Origin: Octopus bimaculoides
Lineage: Eukaryota
Direction: 5' to 3'
Length of the DNA stretch: 64,000 nucleotides
Assembly (NCBI RefSeq): GCF_001194135.2
Contig: NC_068981.1
Coordinates: 42,521,155 to 42,585,154 of the forward strand
This document shows, piece by piece, positions 51,057 to 64,000 of the stretch (the first letter of the stretch is position 1; every line of letters begins with the position of its first letter). The notes below the pieces were generated by a model that was not told where the DNA came from, made no database searches, and saw nothing but the letters and a program-made list of their open reading frames with translations. The position numbers and the translations under genes are program-made.

Positions 51057-52762
51057 CACGTATATACATTTTGATATACAGTGCAGAAAGAAAAGTATTC
51101 CTGTTTGTTCATTCATCTGACATTGAACCATCACAATGTCACTGTAGCGAGCTTCCCGTTTCTTGTACATCCTTCCATTCGAATGCAAGTGAATTTGGAT
51201 TTCTAATGCTTTATTAGAATTTCTTTGGCTTGCTTGCTTTATTGCCATCACTCAGAGGTTAGTAGTATATGGTAGCCTTGCAAAATTTGCTCCTCTCCGC
51301 AGATTACAATCAACAGCAGTTGCTTCATCACATCGATGATAATTATATAATTTAATAGTTTCAACTGTTATAGGACGGGTAATTTGGAATACATTGTTGC
51401 TATTGTATGCAATATGCATGAATGATACAAAGGATCAATTGTTAAAATTTAAATTGTTTTCAAATTTCATAATGATCTAATAAAATAATGATACGTACGC
51501 TAATTGCCACGATAAAAATGTTTATTAGATTGAAATAAAATTAATTTAAAGTATTTCTCATTTGCATATATACAATAAGTGTACGTTATCAATAACAATA
51601 ATTATGTTTAATTAATCGTAGAGGTAACGTATTGATTAATTTCATATAAGCTAGTGTGACTTGTTTTTTTTTTAGCGTAACTAAGTAATCAACAACAAGT
51701 ATACTTATCATTCTTACCTCAGATGGATAAATAACGCAGTTATTTTTGTTTTGCCAAAAGGACGCTATGAGTGCGCAGGTCTATGATCAAAGTCAGCTCA
51801 TTACAAAATTCTTAGAATTACACTTACCAAAAGTATTATTGCTCTTTTACAAACAGTATATAAAAAAAAACGAGGGAATTCGGCTGCTATTTCTAGTATT
51901 CGATCAACAATGTAGAGGTTTCTTTTATAGTTCCAACAAAATATAGTTTTTCCAAATAATATTTGAACACAGAACATAGACTATAATACGTTAATGTAAT
52001 TATCAATTTAAAGTATCAACCGATATGTAGCGAGCTGTTTAGCTATTTAAATCTCAGTAATAAATTACTGTTAATATGCTCGAAATTTATCTTCGGAGGT
52101 TTGAATAGTAAAGCAAACTATAGTAGGATTTCAATTAGTAATGTAAATAGTGCAAGGCGTTTAATACAGTACCGTACTTCGATTTCATGCCAACACCCAT
52201 TTATGGGCCAACTTTACAAACGGTATAACTATAAGAAATTTCCTCAATTTTATACCACATGAATTTAACATAACGTCATTCGGTTAATTTCAATATTGGA
52301 GACATCAATTTTCAATCGTTTTTCCAGATGTTAAACAGCTTGGTTGCGAATAGTAGTATTCATTAGAAAAAATCTCTCTCACATACAAGTTTTTACTTCT
52401 TTCTTCTGATCTTCTCTAATTTTATCACACACTTTATCTTATACACTTTTTTGAACAGTTGTAACAAAGACTTATTTAACGTTTCTGACATTCGTAGTTG
52501 GTCATCCTCTGTAGAAACATTAAACATCTGTGTGCTGTAACGGAAAGATTTTGAAATGCTGAATATAGAATACAGAATAAATGTTATTTGATGATTATCG
52601 CCTAGAAAATGCTAGCGATTTAGATTTTCTCATTCAATTAATTTCTTCAACTATTAGGTTTCCTCACTATTATGGATTCTGCTACGTAAATGAGCTTGCA
52701 GGGCATGCTTAACTTTATCCATCGACTTCTTCATTAGACACAAGATACTATTGCCAGAAATA

Positions 52763-52804
<42 letters not shown>

Positions 52805-54559
52805 NNNNNNNNNNNNNNNNNNNNNNNNNNNNNNNNNNNNNNNNNNNNNNNNNNNNNNNNNNNNNNNNNNNNNNNNNNNNNNNNNNNNNNNNNNNNNNNN
52901 NNNNNNNNNNNNNNNNNNNNNNNNNNNNNNNNNNNNNNNNNNNNNNNNNNNNNNNNNNNNNNNNNNNNNNNNNNNNNNNNNNNNNNNNNNNNNNNNNNNN
53001 NNNNNNNNNNNNNNNNNNNNNNNNNNNNNNNNNNNNNNNNNNNNNNNNNNNNNNNNNNNNNNNNNNNNNNNNNNNNNNNNNNNNNNNNNNNNNNNNNNNN
53101 NNNNNNNNNNNNNNNNNNNNNNNNNNNNNNNNNNNNNNNNNNNNNNNNNNNNNNNNNNNNNNNNNNNNNNNNNNNNNNNNNNNNNNNNNNNNNNNNNNNN
53201 NNNNNNNNNNNNNNNNNNNNNNNNNNNNNNNNNNNNNNNNNNNNNNNNNNNNNNNNNNNNNNNNNNNNNNNNNNNNNNNNNNNNNNNNNNNNNNNNNNNN
53301 NNNNNNNNNNNNNNNNNNNNNNNNNNNNNNNNNNNNNNNNNNNNNNNNNNNNNNNNNNNNNNNNNNNNNNNNNNNNNNNNNNNNNNNNNNNNNNNNNNNN
53401 NNNNNNNNNNNNNNNNNNNNNNNNNNNNNNNNNNNNNNNNNNNNNNNNNNNNNNNNNNNNNNNNNNNNNNNNNNNNNNNNNNNNNNNNNNNNNNNNNNNN
53501 NNNNNNNNNNNNNNNNNNNNNNNNNNNNNNNNNNNNNNNNNNNNNNNNNNNNNNNNNNNNNNNNNNNNNNNNNNNNNNNNNNNNNNNNNNNNNATATATA
53601 TATATATAGATTTATATAGTTTCATCGTGTCTTTAAACCCCTTTTTATTTTGAAATCGTAATAGTCTTATTTTCGTCATTTTTCTGATGATATACACGTT
53701 GGGAGTTTTAATCCTCACCTAAAACCAGAGACACGATCAATGACAAGAAATTTCAGATGCAAACTCAAGGCAGAAAAGTAAGAAAGCGTTCGAGCGATTT
53801 CAGATTATGACTCTACCAACACTCGAAATGCCTGTTACTTACGGGTAGACAAGCATAGAAGCGTTCAATCGCGCACGCATGTTGACTTGAAATATGTCTG
53901 TACGTATCAAATGACTAACGAAATGCAATAGTGGAAATATCTCGATTAATCAGTAGATTACTTTATGCGTTTTATTACTCATGTATGCTGGCTGAATTTT
54001 GACAAAATCACGTGGAATACAGTTCGAACAATATAACTGATCACATGATAAGTAGAGAAAACAGATAGGAATGCCAATATGTAAAAAATATAAAATAAAA
54101 TAGATATAATAAAACAAATACGTAATTTTCCAAATAACGTGGCAGCTTGGTGAGTCATATGTAAAGCGAAATATTAAAATATCAATCTTCTTGATATCAT
54201 TTCTTATGTCACAAGCTGTCAATCATAGAAAAAAAATGACATTACATAAGAGTTTAATAAAAGAAAAACAGGGAAAAATAATATGGCAGAGGTAAAAAAA
54301 TGAGATATAAGAAAACAAAAGAAGTAACAAAGTTTAAATCTCTTCCCTAATCCACGTGATTTAGAACCGCGTTTTTTTCTAAATCCTTACAGAAATAATT
54401 CTTACATAAGCTTACTGAAATGAAATATCTTTTGCTACAGGGTTATAGGTTTCCAAAACCAACTGGAGCATAGAAATATATCCTGCAAAGATATATTGAC
54501 AAACCAAAAGTAGAATAAAAGGGGATATGGACACAATATATTAGATTACCTTTTGATAG

Positions 54560-54659
54560 AATTTGGAAAAGTCAGTATGCCGTGGGGAAACGAGTATACT
54601 GATGATTCAAGCGAAGGCCTTGGTGTGAAGGAGACATCTAAAAATAATTTCTTTACTAG
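54560..54659 (+). other. Candidate internal coding exon (unverified)
   Basis: TTACCTTTTGATAG acceptor; 100 nt open as xFGKVSMPWGNEYTDDSSEGLGVKETSKNNFFT; AG|GTAAAA donor; more GC-rich than its flanks. No recognised homology. Confidence 0.2.
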
Positions 54660-54750
54660 GTAAAATTTCCAACGAAAACCGCAACAAGTTACCTCGTACT
54701 CTGATTTTTATTTGATCCTCATCTTTCAGAGATACTCATATAATCACAAA

Positions 54751-54952
54751 GGCGAGGTAACGCAATCGTTAGACAAAATGTCTCGAGGAATTTTGTCCAG
54801 CTTTACGTTCTAAGATCAAATTCTGCCGAGGTTGACTTTGCCTTTCATCCTTTCGGGTTGATAAATGAAATACCAGTAAAACACTGGGGTTGATGTAACC
54901 GACTAGGCACCCTCTCCAACAGTTTCAGACATTGTGTCAATAGTAGAAAAGA
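54751..54952 (+). mobile_element. SINE family A copy ending in (ATT)n
   Basis: TTTACGTTCTAAGATCAAATTCTGCCGAGGTTGACTTTGCCTTTCATCCTTTCGGGTTGATAAATGAAATACCAGT...TAGTAGAAAAGATTATTATT. Confidence 0.8.
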
Positions 54953-54972
54953 TTATTATTATTATTTTTATT

Positions 54973-55596
54973 CTCTAGTTTTATTTTTATAACATGCTTT
55001 CACTTCCCTACCGAGCGCAGCTCCGAGTGCCTTGGGTATGTGCTGTGGTTTGCTGTGATGCTCTTATGGTTACTGTATTGAAAGTGTTTTCCGGAGGATG
55101 TGTGCAGTGCCAAGTAGTGCTATTTTCTGTATGTTATATATATTTGTAAGTCCTGGTGTTTTTGTTATGTATTTGTCTGAATATTTTTTTATTATACCTA
55201 AGGCATTACTATGATAGGAATTGTTTCTGTTTTTAGATTCCACATTCGAGTTACCTCTATTTCCAGGTCTTTGTATTTTGAAAGTTTCTCCATTTCTTTA
55301 AGGGAAATGTTGTCATCTGCTGATATTGATACATAAATTAGAAAGCATTTTTTCCTTCATGATTTTTGACAACTATATCTGGTCTATTGACCTTACTTTC
55401 TCTATCTGTGTGTATTGGCATATCCCAGAGTATGGTTGCTTTCTCGTTTTTTGTGACCTTTTCTGGCGTGTGTTTATACCATCTTTTTTCTGTTGTTATT
55501 CCATCGTGTTGGCATAGCTTCCAGTGTATATAGGTCCCAGCTCTGTCGTGTCTGTGAATATATTCCTTCTTAGCCAGGTCTGGGCAGCCACAGATA
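54973..55596 (-). mobile_element. R4/Dong-like RLE LINE, 5'-truncated copy 1 (CCHC end, endonuclease, 3' UTR)
   Basis: ICGCPDLAKKEYIHRHD..YIHWKLC, ATILWDMPIHTD..NRPDIVVK, KEMEKLSKYKDLEIE..MWNLK, and a C-terminus ending ..LSIQ*. 3' UTR ends in a (TAA)n tail. Confidence 0.9.
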
Positions 55597-55626
55597 TTAT
55601 TATTATCATTATTATTATTATCATCA

Positions 55627-55702
<76 letters not shown>

Positions 55703-55718
55703 CATTATTATTATTATT
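55597..55718. repeat. (ATT)n/(ATC)n array between two RLE copies
   Basis: Directly visible. Confidence 0.97.
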
Positions 55719-57807
55719 CAGTGGTCTTATTTTTATCACGTGCTTTCACTTGACTATCGAGAGCACCTCTGTGTGCCTTGGGTATTTGCTGTGGTATGCT
55801 CTTATAGTTACTCTATTGAAAGTGTTTTACGTAGTATGTGTGTGGTGCCTAGTAGTGCTATTTTCTGCATGTTATATATATTTGTTTGTTCTGTTTTTTT
55901 TTCTTGTTATGTATTTGTCTGAATAGTTTTTATGATACCTAATGCGCCTATTATGAAAGGAATTGTTTCTGTTTTTAGACTCCACATTCGACTTACTTCT
56001 ATATCCAGGTCCTTGTATTTTGAAAGTTTCTCCATTTCTTTTAGAGAAACCTTGTCAGCTGTTGGTATTGATACATCAATTAGAAAGCATTTTTTATTCT
56101 CTTCATGATCTCTGACAACTATATTTGGCCTATTGGCCTTAATTTCACTATCTGCATGTATATGCATATCCCAGAGTATGGTTGCTTTCTCATTTTCTGT
56201 AACCTTTTCTGGCGTGTGCTTATACCATCTTTTTTCTGTTGTTATTCTATAGTCTTGGCATATCTTCCAGTGTATATAGGTCCCAACACTATCGTATCTG
56301 TGAATATATTCCTTCTTAGCCAGGTCTGGACAGCCACAGATAATACGATTTATTGTTTCTTGTCCATCTCCACATATTCTTCAGCTACTTGTTATGTTTC
56401 TTTTAAATATATGTTTTTGGTAATTTCTGGTGGGGAGGCTTTGGTATTGTGCTGCAATTAAAAATCCTTCAGTCTCTACTTCGTGTCCTGAGCTTCTCAG
56501 CCATTGTTAGGATTTTGCTTTGTCTATTTATTTTGCGTTTAGTTTACCCCAGTATTTGCTATGAAGGAGCATTTATTGCCATCGTTTTATCATGATCCGT
56601 TGCTGTTCTAGTTTTAGTTTGGATTTCAATTGTTTTACAGCTTTTGTTGTTTCTTCTTTTTCTTCATAGTTGTTAGGTAGTATGACTTCTTGTTTGTATT
56701 TGTCAGCTTCTTTAAAGATTGAAAACATCTTTTTGTTTTGTTCGTGTTTTGTGGCTGTTTGTATTAGTTTTCTTTGCTTCTGAAATAGATATTTCTGTAG
56801 TCCTATGGTGGTTATTTTGTAATAGTCTACTAGCTGTATAAGGTATCTACCACCTTCTATACGTTGTATATATTACCTTTCTATGTCAGATTTTGGGTGG
56901 TGCATCCTAAATCCTGTCATTATTCTTCTTGTTTTCATGTGTATTTCGATTAGTTCATTTAGTGTCCAGTTAAGGATATTGTAGCTGTAACTAATAACCG
57001 GGACGACTAGAGTGTTGATATCTATTATCTTGTTTTTCGCATTGACCTCTGTTTTCAGTACTAATCGTCTGTAGTATTCTTTTTTTTTTAATTTTATCTT
57101 GCATTTGTGTGTGTTGTATCGTATCTAGGTCATTGGTTTCTAAGTATTTGTATGTCTGGTTTTGGTCTAATCCGTTATTTCATTTGCTTTATCCAGTGCG
57201 ATGTTGCTACTCTTAACTAGTTTTCCTCTTTTCAGGGTTACTTTGGCACATTTTTCGAAGTCATATTTCATGTTTATTTGTTTGGTAAATCTATGTACTG
57301 TCTGTAGCGTGTCTCTCTGGGATATTCCTCTTCTAATGAGGATGACTTTGGTTTTTATGAGTCCCTCTTTTGTCTGGAGTTGTAGCACTGCCAGCCATTT
57401 ATTCATGGAATGTGTTATATATTTTATGATTATTGGTCCTGCCTTGTCAATGGCTTGTGTTTCGAGGATCCATATGTGGGAATACTATCAAAAGCTTTTC
57501 GGTAATCAATGCAGGCCATACTTAGCTCTTTCTTCTTTCTGCGGCTGTCTTCAGTTATGGCTTTATTGATCATTAACTGAAATTTACAGCCGTATGAGCC
57601 CTTGCAGCACCCCTTCTGCTCTTCTGGAAACAGGTTGTTTTCTTTTAGATGCTTGCTCATTCTCTGCGATATTATTGCAGTAGAAGCATTTTAAATTGTA
57701 GGGTAACAAGTTATTCGTCTGTAATTTTGTGGGTTTGCCGATTCAGTGGATTTGGGAATTATGATAGTTTTCCCTTCCGTGAGCCATTCAGGCATTGTCT
57801 CTGGCTC

Positions 57808-57810
<3 letters not shown>
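55719..57810 (-). mobile_element. R4/Dong-like RLE LINE copy 2 (RT start to 3' UTR, internally deleted)
   Basis: PEWLTEGKTIIIPK..NPQNYRRITC, FPEEQKGC.KGSYGCK.QLMINKAI, IDYRKAFDSIP, IRRGISQRDTL then deletion over the YxDD box, FEKCAKVTLKRGK, and RLE NRPNIVVRD..FLIDVSIP..KYKDLDIEV..W..ETIPFIIGALG..LSIE*. Confidence 0.92.
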
Positions 57811-58340
<530 letters not shown>

Positions 58341-59689
58341 GTTACAACAAGCCAGAGCTACAAACTGGCAGACTCATTGGAACGTCGGAAATCATTCTTT
58401 TGTTTTGCATGTTTTCCGACACTTTACATTCTGAGTTCAATTCCTAGAAATACTTAATTGAACGGTATCTTATTCAAGGCTTATATCCGTCTCGCGATTT
58501 CAAACTAGACCGAAACATTTGTCCTTAAAACCCTCCAACAGCATCTATATTATTATTTTTTTTTTACGTTGAGTGTGTTCTTGTGAAAAATCATGACTAT
58601 TCCAGTTTTCTATAATATTCCTCAAATGTAAATGATTTTTTTTCTTATATCGTTAAAAAAAAATAGACAGAAGAATAGCTGCCACTTCTTAATTCATTCG
58701 TATTTACTTCCTTTCTTATGATAAAAGATTTTGGTTTTGAGATGTTTTTTTAATTCATATACTATAAATGGGTTATAGTCGTCTAATGTTTCATAATTGA
58801 AAATGACATTCAGCTAGAAGACTGCGGAAATATACTGCATTGTTTATTATTTGTGTACTGGAGTTTTCTTTTTGAATTTAAAGTTAGTCTGACAATTAAT
58901 TTAGGTCTAGCAAATGAATCATTATCTCTGGCGCAAATGTTAAAGGCTATTATCAGTATAACTCGCAACTATCATATTGGATTATACTTTAACTCGAAAT
59001 CGTATTCTCTAGGTCACGTTAACCTTATTTACGTGATACAACGTCGAATGTCCTCAGTTAAACCAATTAAGAATATTGTTTAGAGAAGGGAGTGTGATAT
59101 GATGTCATAACAATAAATATTACATACATCATAAAAGATGGTGCTCATTATAAAATTCAAGTGTTTTCTCCCACAATAAATACAATATTAACAGTCTAAA
59201 TACAAAGAAGTTTTTAAAAAATGCTTAACTGTATTTGCAGCAATATGCCAGAAATATTTAATTTGCTGTCAATCATCAAGAGTTCTGTGTGTATTACTCA
59301 ATTATAATCTGCTCTATTAGAACAAACTTGCCTCCCAACCATTTTCATTCTTCGCTGCTACAGCCTAATCTACATTAATGTTTCTCAAAAGAATTTGAGA
59401 CATAAATCTGTTAACTCCGCAAATATATCTGTAACGTGTTCTGTCCAAAGTATTTTTTTTTTATTTCCTGTATAGGAACGAAGTCCCACTCTTTCTGATT
59501 ACTTCAGTTAAATATTTAAGTTTATGGCTCGTGTTATTTTCTTGGCTGGACAACAACCAAAAGCCACAATCGATCCAATTAAGATTTGAACTTTAAGAAA
59601 TGAGTATTAATACAGTAGAGTATTTGATCTAGGGGTCAACAGCTTGAGTCATTCCACCTACCTAAATAATGAAATTTCCTACTCAGATA

Positions 59690-59825
59690 CAAAGTAGCAG
59701 ATTTGATGGGGTTAAAAGTCGATAATATCGAACTCCTGTTAACTGGTACTTATTGCATCGACACAAGTAGGATTAAAAGTTAAGTTGACCTAGGCAGAGT
59801 TTCATCTCAGAACGTGACGAGGCGT
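59690..59825 (-). mobile_element. Degenerate SINE family A
   Basis: AAGTCGATAATATCGAAC..AACTGGTACTTATTGCATCGAC..AAGTTGACCTAGGCAGAGTTTCATCTCAGAACGT. Confidence 0.6.
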
Positions 59826-60589
59826 AATTAAAACAAGATATTCTGTCTTCCGTTCTAAATCTTCTACGAATCGGTATCTCTTCAAATGAGAAATAATAGC
59901 TTCAAATTGCGGAACAGCTGCAATTTGTGAAGCAAATTTCAAAACGTCTAATGTATAGAGAAGTCTTCCTCAAGAAAGGGTATCGGAAGCCAATTTTCTC
60001 CACGTTATTGAGTAACCCCAGGAACTGTACATACAAGAAATAAGCGTAAAAAACTAATGCCAAGCGGAAGCTTAATGATACGTAAAACTCTCTTGTAGCA
60101 GTTTGAAGGATATATTCGTATGAACCTAGATGAAGATCGGTTGCCTTATTTCGAATGCCCTATGAAGATGAAGAATTTTATTCTCGCATTTATTTATAGA
60201 CTGTATCCTGGGAATCAGATCAGAAACAGCTAGTAGCTTTGTTATGTCTTGCTTTGTATCAACAAACAAGCTTTAAATGTGATCCTATCGATGTACTGGT
60301 TAATCTATGTTTTTCTCTATTGTATAATAATTTGCATTGGTTTCTGATAATTTTCTTTATCCAGTTATCACTTGCGCTAGACTTATATGGTGTCCCTGAA
60401 CACCATTGCCAGGAGATAACACAGGTAACGAATACCGATAGTATATACGGATATTTATCCCTTAGTCGGTTACTACAACCGCTAAGTCTTTTTCTCTCTC
60501 TCCCTCTCTCTCCCTCTCTCTCTCTATTTCTCTCTCTCTCTCTCTGTATATATATATATATATATATGTACGCACATACGTACATAAGA

Positions 60590-61050
60590 GCAGGCGTGGC
60601 TGTGTAGTGTAGTAAGAAGCTTGCTTCCCAGCCACATAGTTCCGGGTTCAGTCCCACTGCGTGGATCCACGGGCCGATGAAAACCTTGTGAGTGGAATTG
60701 GTAGACGAAACTGAAAGAAGCCCTTCGTGTATATGTGTTTGTGTGTTGTGTGTGTGTATGTGCGAGTTTGTGTGTGTGTGTGTGTATGTGTGAGTATGTG
60801 TGTGTATGTCTGTAAATGTTTATGTGTATATGTCTTTGTATCTGTGTTTGTCCCTTCACCATCGCTTGACAAATGATGTTGGTGTGTTTACGACCTGTAA
60901 CTTATCGGTTCGTTAAAAGATATCGGTAGAATAAATATTTGGCTTAAAAAAATAAATCCTGAGGTCGATTTCTTCGACTGAAATCCTTTAAAGTGGGGCT
61001 GCAGCATGGTCGCAACCAAGTGATTGAAACAAGTAAAAGACTAAAAGAAT
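60590..61050 (+). mobile_element. tRNA-headed SINE with internal (TG)n tract
   Basis: GCAGGCGTGGCTGTG..GTAAGAAGCTTGCTTCCCAGCCACATAGTTCCGGGTTCAGTCCCACTGCG, internal TG-rich tract about 60725-60845, 3' GCAGCATGGTCGC..GATTGAAACAAGTAAAAGA. Similar in style to the octopus tRNA-derived SINEs; exact family not verifiable here. Confidence 0.8.
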
Positions 61051-61064
61051 ACATACGTACACAC

Positions 61065-61140
<76 letters not shown>

Positions 61141-61779
61141 GTCTGTCTGTCTGTCTGTCTGTACAATGAATATGTGTTTATGTGTGTGTGTGAGTGTGTG
61201 TCTCAGAATGTATGTATATATGTCACAAACTTTTAAAACTATACAGTTAAATACAAACAGACCACTCTTGATTTACAGAATAAAATATCAGAATCTTTGC
61301 AACAAGATCAATTACCCATATCATAGTACTATTCATAGATATTCCTGAATGTTCAGAAACAGATTGTCAATATCATTTGAAGACCCCTCTTTATCAGAAA
61401 AAAAAAAAGAACAGAACGAAAAAAAAGCAAAAATACAATAGGGAAACAAAGTGATCTGATTTTTCCCCCCAATATCTTTTCTCAAATTCAATTATCTGTA
61501 ATCCGAACAAAACTGGCATTACAATATATTTATGGAACACGTTGCCTACTTTTATGAGTTTCCTCCTTTATCACCATAAAAATGATTTTCAATATCGATA
61601 TTATTCATCCAGAATATTTCAACAGAATTTTTTCATCTGCATTCAGAAATTTCTATTGTTGATTTTATTGTTATTAGTAATATAAGGAGAGGTGGATTGG
61701 TGGAAGAGGTGGAATGTTGGAGAATATGCTGCTTGCAATATTTACTTACGCCTTTTAAATGTTGTGAGTTCTTCATATC

Positions 61780-62026
61780 AAATCTTGCCGATGTCAACTT
61801 CGTCTTTCACCCTTCTGGAAACAATAACAGTCGAAGACTAGAGCCAATGGAGTATCGATTGACCCCTTTATCTGAAAGCTGCTCGCATTGTGTGTAAATC
61901 CAAGGTCAACTTTGCCTTCATCCTTTTAAGATCGATAAAATAAAGTACCAGTCATATAAAAGGTTCGATTGTAGAGAACAATACCCTCCTCTTAAAATTA
62001 CTGAGCATGTTTCTAAATCAGAAACC
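61780..62026 (+). mobile_element. Two degenerate SINE family A cores in tandem, ending in (ATT)n
   Basis: GCCGATGTCAACTTCGTCTTTCACCCTT and CAAGGTCAACTTTGCCTTCATCCTTTTAAGATCGATAAAATAAAGTACCAG...TCAGAAACCATTATT. Confidence 0.7.
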
Positions 62027-62047
62027 ATTATTAATATTATTATTATT

Positions 62048-62274
62048 CGGTAGTTTTATTTTTATAACGTGCTTTCACTTCACTACCGAGCGCAGCTCTG
62101 TGTGCCTTGGGTATGTGCCGTGGTTTGCTGTGATGCACTTATGGTTACTGTATTGAAAGTGTTTTGCGTATGATGTGTGCAGTGCTCAGTAGTGCAATTT
62201 CCTGTATGTTATATATATTTCTAAGTCCTGGTGTTTTTGTTATGTATTTGTTTGAATATTTTTTATTATACCTA

Positions 62275-62275
<1 letters not shown>
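62048..62275 (-). mobile_element. R4/Dong-like RLE LINE copy 3 (about 230-bp 3' end)
   Basis: Encodes KTPGLRNIYNIQEIALLSTAHIIRKTLSIQ*; nucleotide sequence closely matches 54975-55200; flanked by (ATT)n on both sides. Confidence 0.9.
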
Positions 62276-62325
<50 letters not shown>

Positions 62326-62332
62326 GCTATTA

Positions 62333-63285
62333 TTACCATACAGCCCTTGTGGCTAATAAAAGAAGGGCGTCATATCAAACAGCATTTATAAGTACCTAGT
62401 TGAGAACCACCTGCTACCGGTGGAACAAAAAGGGTGTGGACGTCAGAGCAGAAGACTATCCTGGCTGATTGCAAGGAGAGACACAAAAAATTGGTAATGG
62501 CGTGGGTGGACTACAGGAAAGCATATGGCATGGTCCCACGCTCGTGGATTATTGAATGCCTTAAACTGCTTAAGGTTTCCCGCAATATACTAAAGTTGAT
62601 ACAAAACTCAACGGCAACGTGGCGGACTGAACGCACACCATGAGGAGATAAGCTGGGAGAGGTAAATATCAAAAGAGGAATCTTTCGAGGGGACAGTCTG
62701 TCGCCTCTACTACTTGTTGTCTGCATACTGCCACTAATGAGCGTTTTAAGAAAGATGCGGGTGGAGTACATGCTAAGCAGGGTGAAAGTTAACAACCTGT
62801 GGTTTATGGATGACCTAAAGCTACTCGCTAAGACTGACAAAGAAATAGAGATTTTGACAGCAACTGTGCAGATGATTAACAAAGATACTGGCATGAAATT
62901 TGGGATCGAGAAATGTGGTGTAATGATTCTCAAAAGGGGGAAAGCAGTAAAAGTCATGACATCAAGCTGGAAAGTGGTGAAACTATAAAGAAGTCGGTGA
63001 GGATGGGTATAAGTACCTGGGTATCATTGAAAGAGATAAGATGAATGAATACAAGATGAAAGAAATGTACAAGATAGAGTATTTGAGGAGAACTCGGTTT
63101 GTGCTCTAATCGAAGCTAAATGGCCGCTATATATGATTAGAGCAATTAACACATGAGCGGTTGCTTTGATGAGATACGGGGCAGAAATAGTATCTTGGAA
63201 AAAGCATCAATTACAAGAGATAGACCGGAGAACACGTAAATTAATGATAATGAACAAGGAACTACACCTCAAGAGTGTAATTAAG
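62333..63285 (+). mobile_element. R4-clade RLE LINE reverse-transcriptase fragment from a distinct family
   Basis: LLPVEQKGC, AWVDYRKAYGMVPRSWI, IKRGIFRGDSLSPLLLV, WFMDDLKLLAK, GMKFGIEKCGVM, YKYLGI, RAINT*AVALMRYGA. More GC-rich than copies 1-3; stops and frameshifts present. Confidence 0.9.
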
Positions 63286-63492
63286 CACGGACATTTAAAT
63301 TGATAGGGTTTTTCTAGGGATGTGATCAGTACTTGTCAGCACAATCTTCTGGATTTCTCTGAGACACGGTTTTCCTAGGATATTAACTAGATTTTTCTGG
63401 CATTCTTATTTTATCATAGCTAGGGCGTTACAAAAAGATTCTACACCTTTTATATTTCAGTTTCTATGTCCTTATGTTTACTTAATTTGTCA

Positions 63493-63567
63493 TTATTATT
63501 ATTATTATTGTTGTTGTTGTTGTTGTTGTTGTTGTTATTATTATTATTATTATTATTATGATTAATA
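63493..63567. repeat. (ATT)n/(GTT)n array forming the tail of RLE copy 4
   Basis: Directly visible. Confidence 0.95.
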
Positions 63568-64000
63568 TTCTTCTTTCTTCAAATTGTCTTCCATTTCTCG
63601 CCGAGTGTTTTCCGTACACCTAGGGCAGAGAAACTCGTTGTATGCATTCCCAGTTTACACACGCAAATTCACAGGTAAAACATGTATTTAAGAAAAAAAA
63701 AAAAAAATTCATGAATGGATGTTGTTTTCACAGCGATAATGCTCTTCTCAGTACATGAGTCATTCCAGTTAGCACGATTTTTTGCACTTCCTGTATGGAA
63801 GGTAAGCCTGGTATCATTTTCAAATAGGTTTCAGTACCTTTTTTTATCATTCCTAGAGATCCTACAATCACTGGTATGGTAGTTGCCTTGAGGTGCCACA
63901 TTTTTTCAATTTCTATTAGCAAGTCTTTATATTTACTGATCTTGTCAAATTCTTTCGCGGCTATATTATGATCAGAGGGAATACTCATGTCAATTAATAA
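63568..64000 (-). mobile_element. R4/Dong-like RLE LINE 3' end, third family (runs off the window)
   Basis: SIPSDHNIAAKEFDKISKYKDLLIEIEKMWHLKATTIPVIVGSLGMIKKG...GLPSIQEVQKIVLTGMTHVLRRALSL* (stop 63728). The 3' UTR of about 160 nt is unrelated to that of copies 1-3. Confidence 0.9.

Noticed and set aside
51100-51330. FEWKDVQE gypsy-like motif on minus and an acceptor CTCCGCAG on plus
   Set aside because: Single short match with flanking stops, and the implied intron would be only about 43 nt; insufficient support.

Overview
AT-rich, microsatellite-dense eukaryotic scaffold DNA with six N gaps. The repeat inventory (several tRNA-headed SINE families, (AT)n/(AC)n/(TACA)n/(TATC)n/(AAT)n arrays, R4/Dong-like, RTE and Penelope-like retroelement remnants) looks like an Octopus/coleoid intron or intergenic region; this taxon call is inferred from recalled repeat sequences, not from a search. 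No intact host gene is supported, and nearly all listed ORFs are microsatellite or gap artefacts. The recognisable coding remnants are all transposon-derived: three Tc1-type transposases, a decayed Ty3/gypsy gag-RT, an RTE endonuclease, an RTE C-terminus with three C2H2 fingers, two Penelope-like pieces, and five R4/Dong-like (RLE) LINE pieces in the last 9 kb. The most interesting structure is that RLE cluster. Every RLE 3' end sits in a (TAA)n-type array, one copy sits in the tail of another, and two abut the (ATT)n tail of an oppositely oriented SINE. Also notable are a SINE-derived A-B-A-B tandem array, a head-to-head SINE pair able to form dsRNA, and a 19-bp stem that pairs fully only on the minus strand. 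All coordinates were read by eye; remnant boundaries are approximate.
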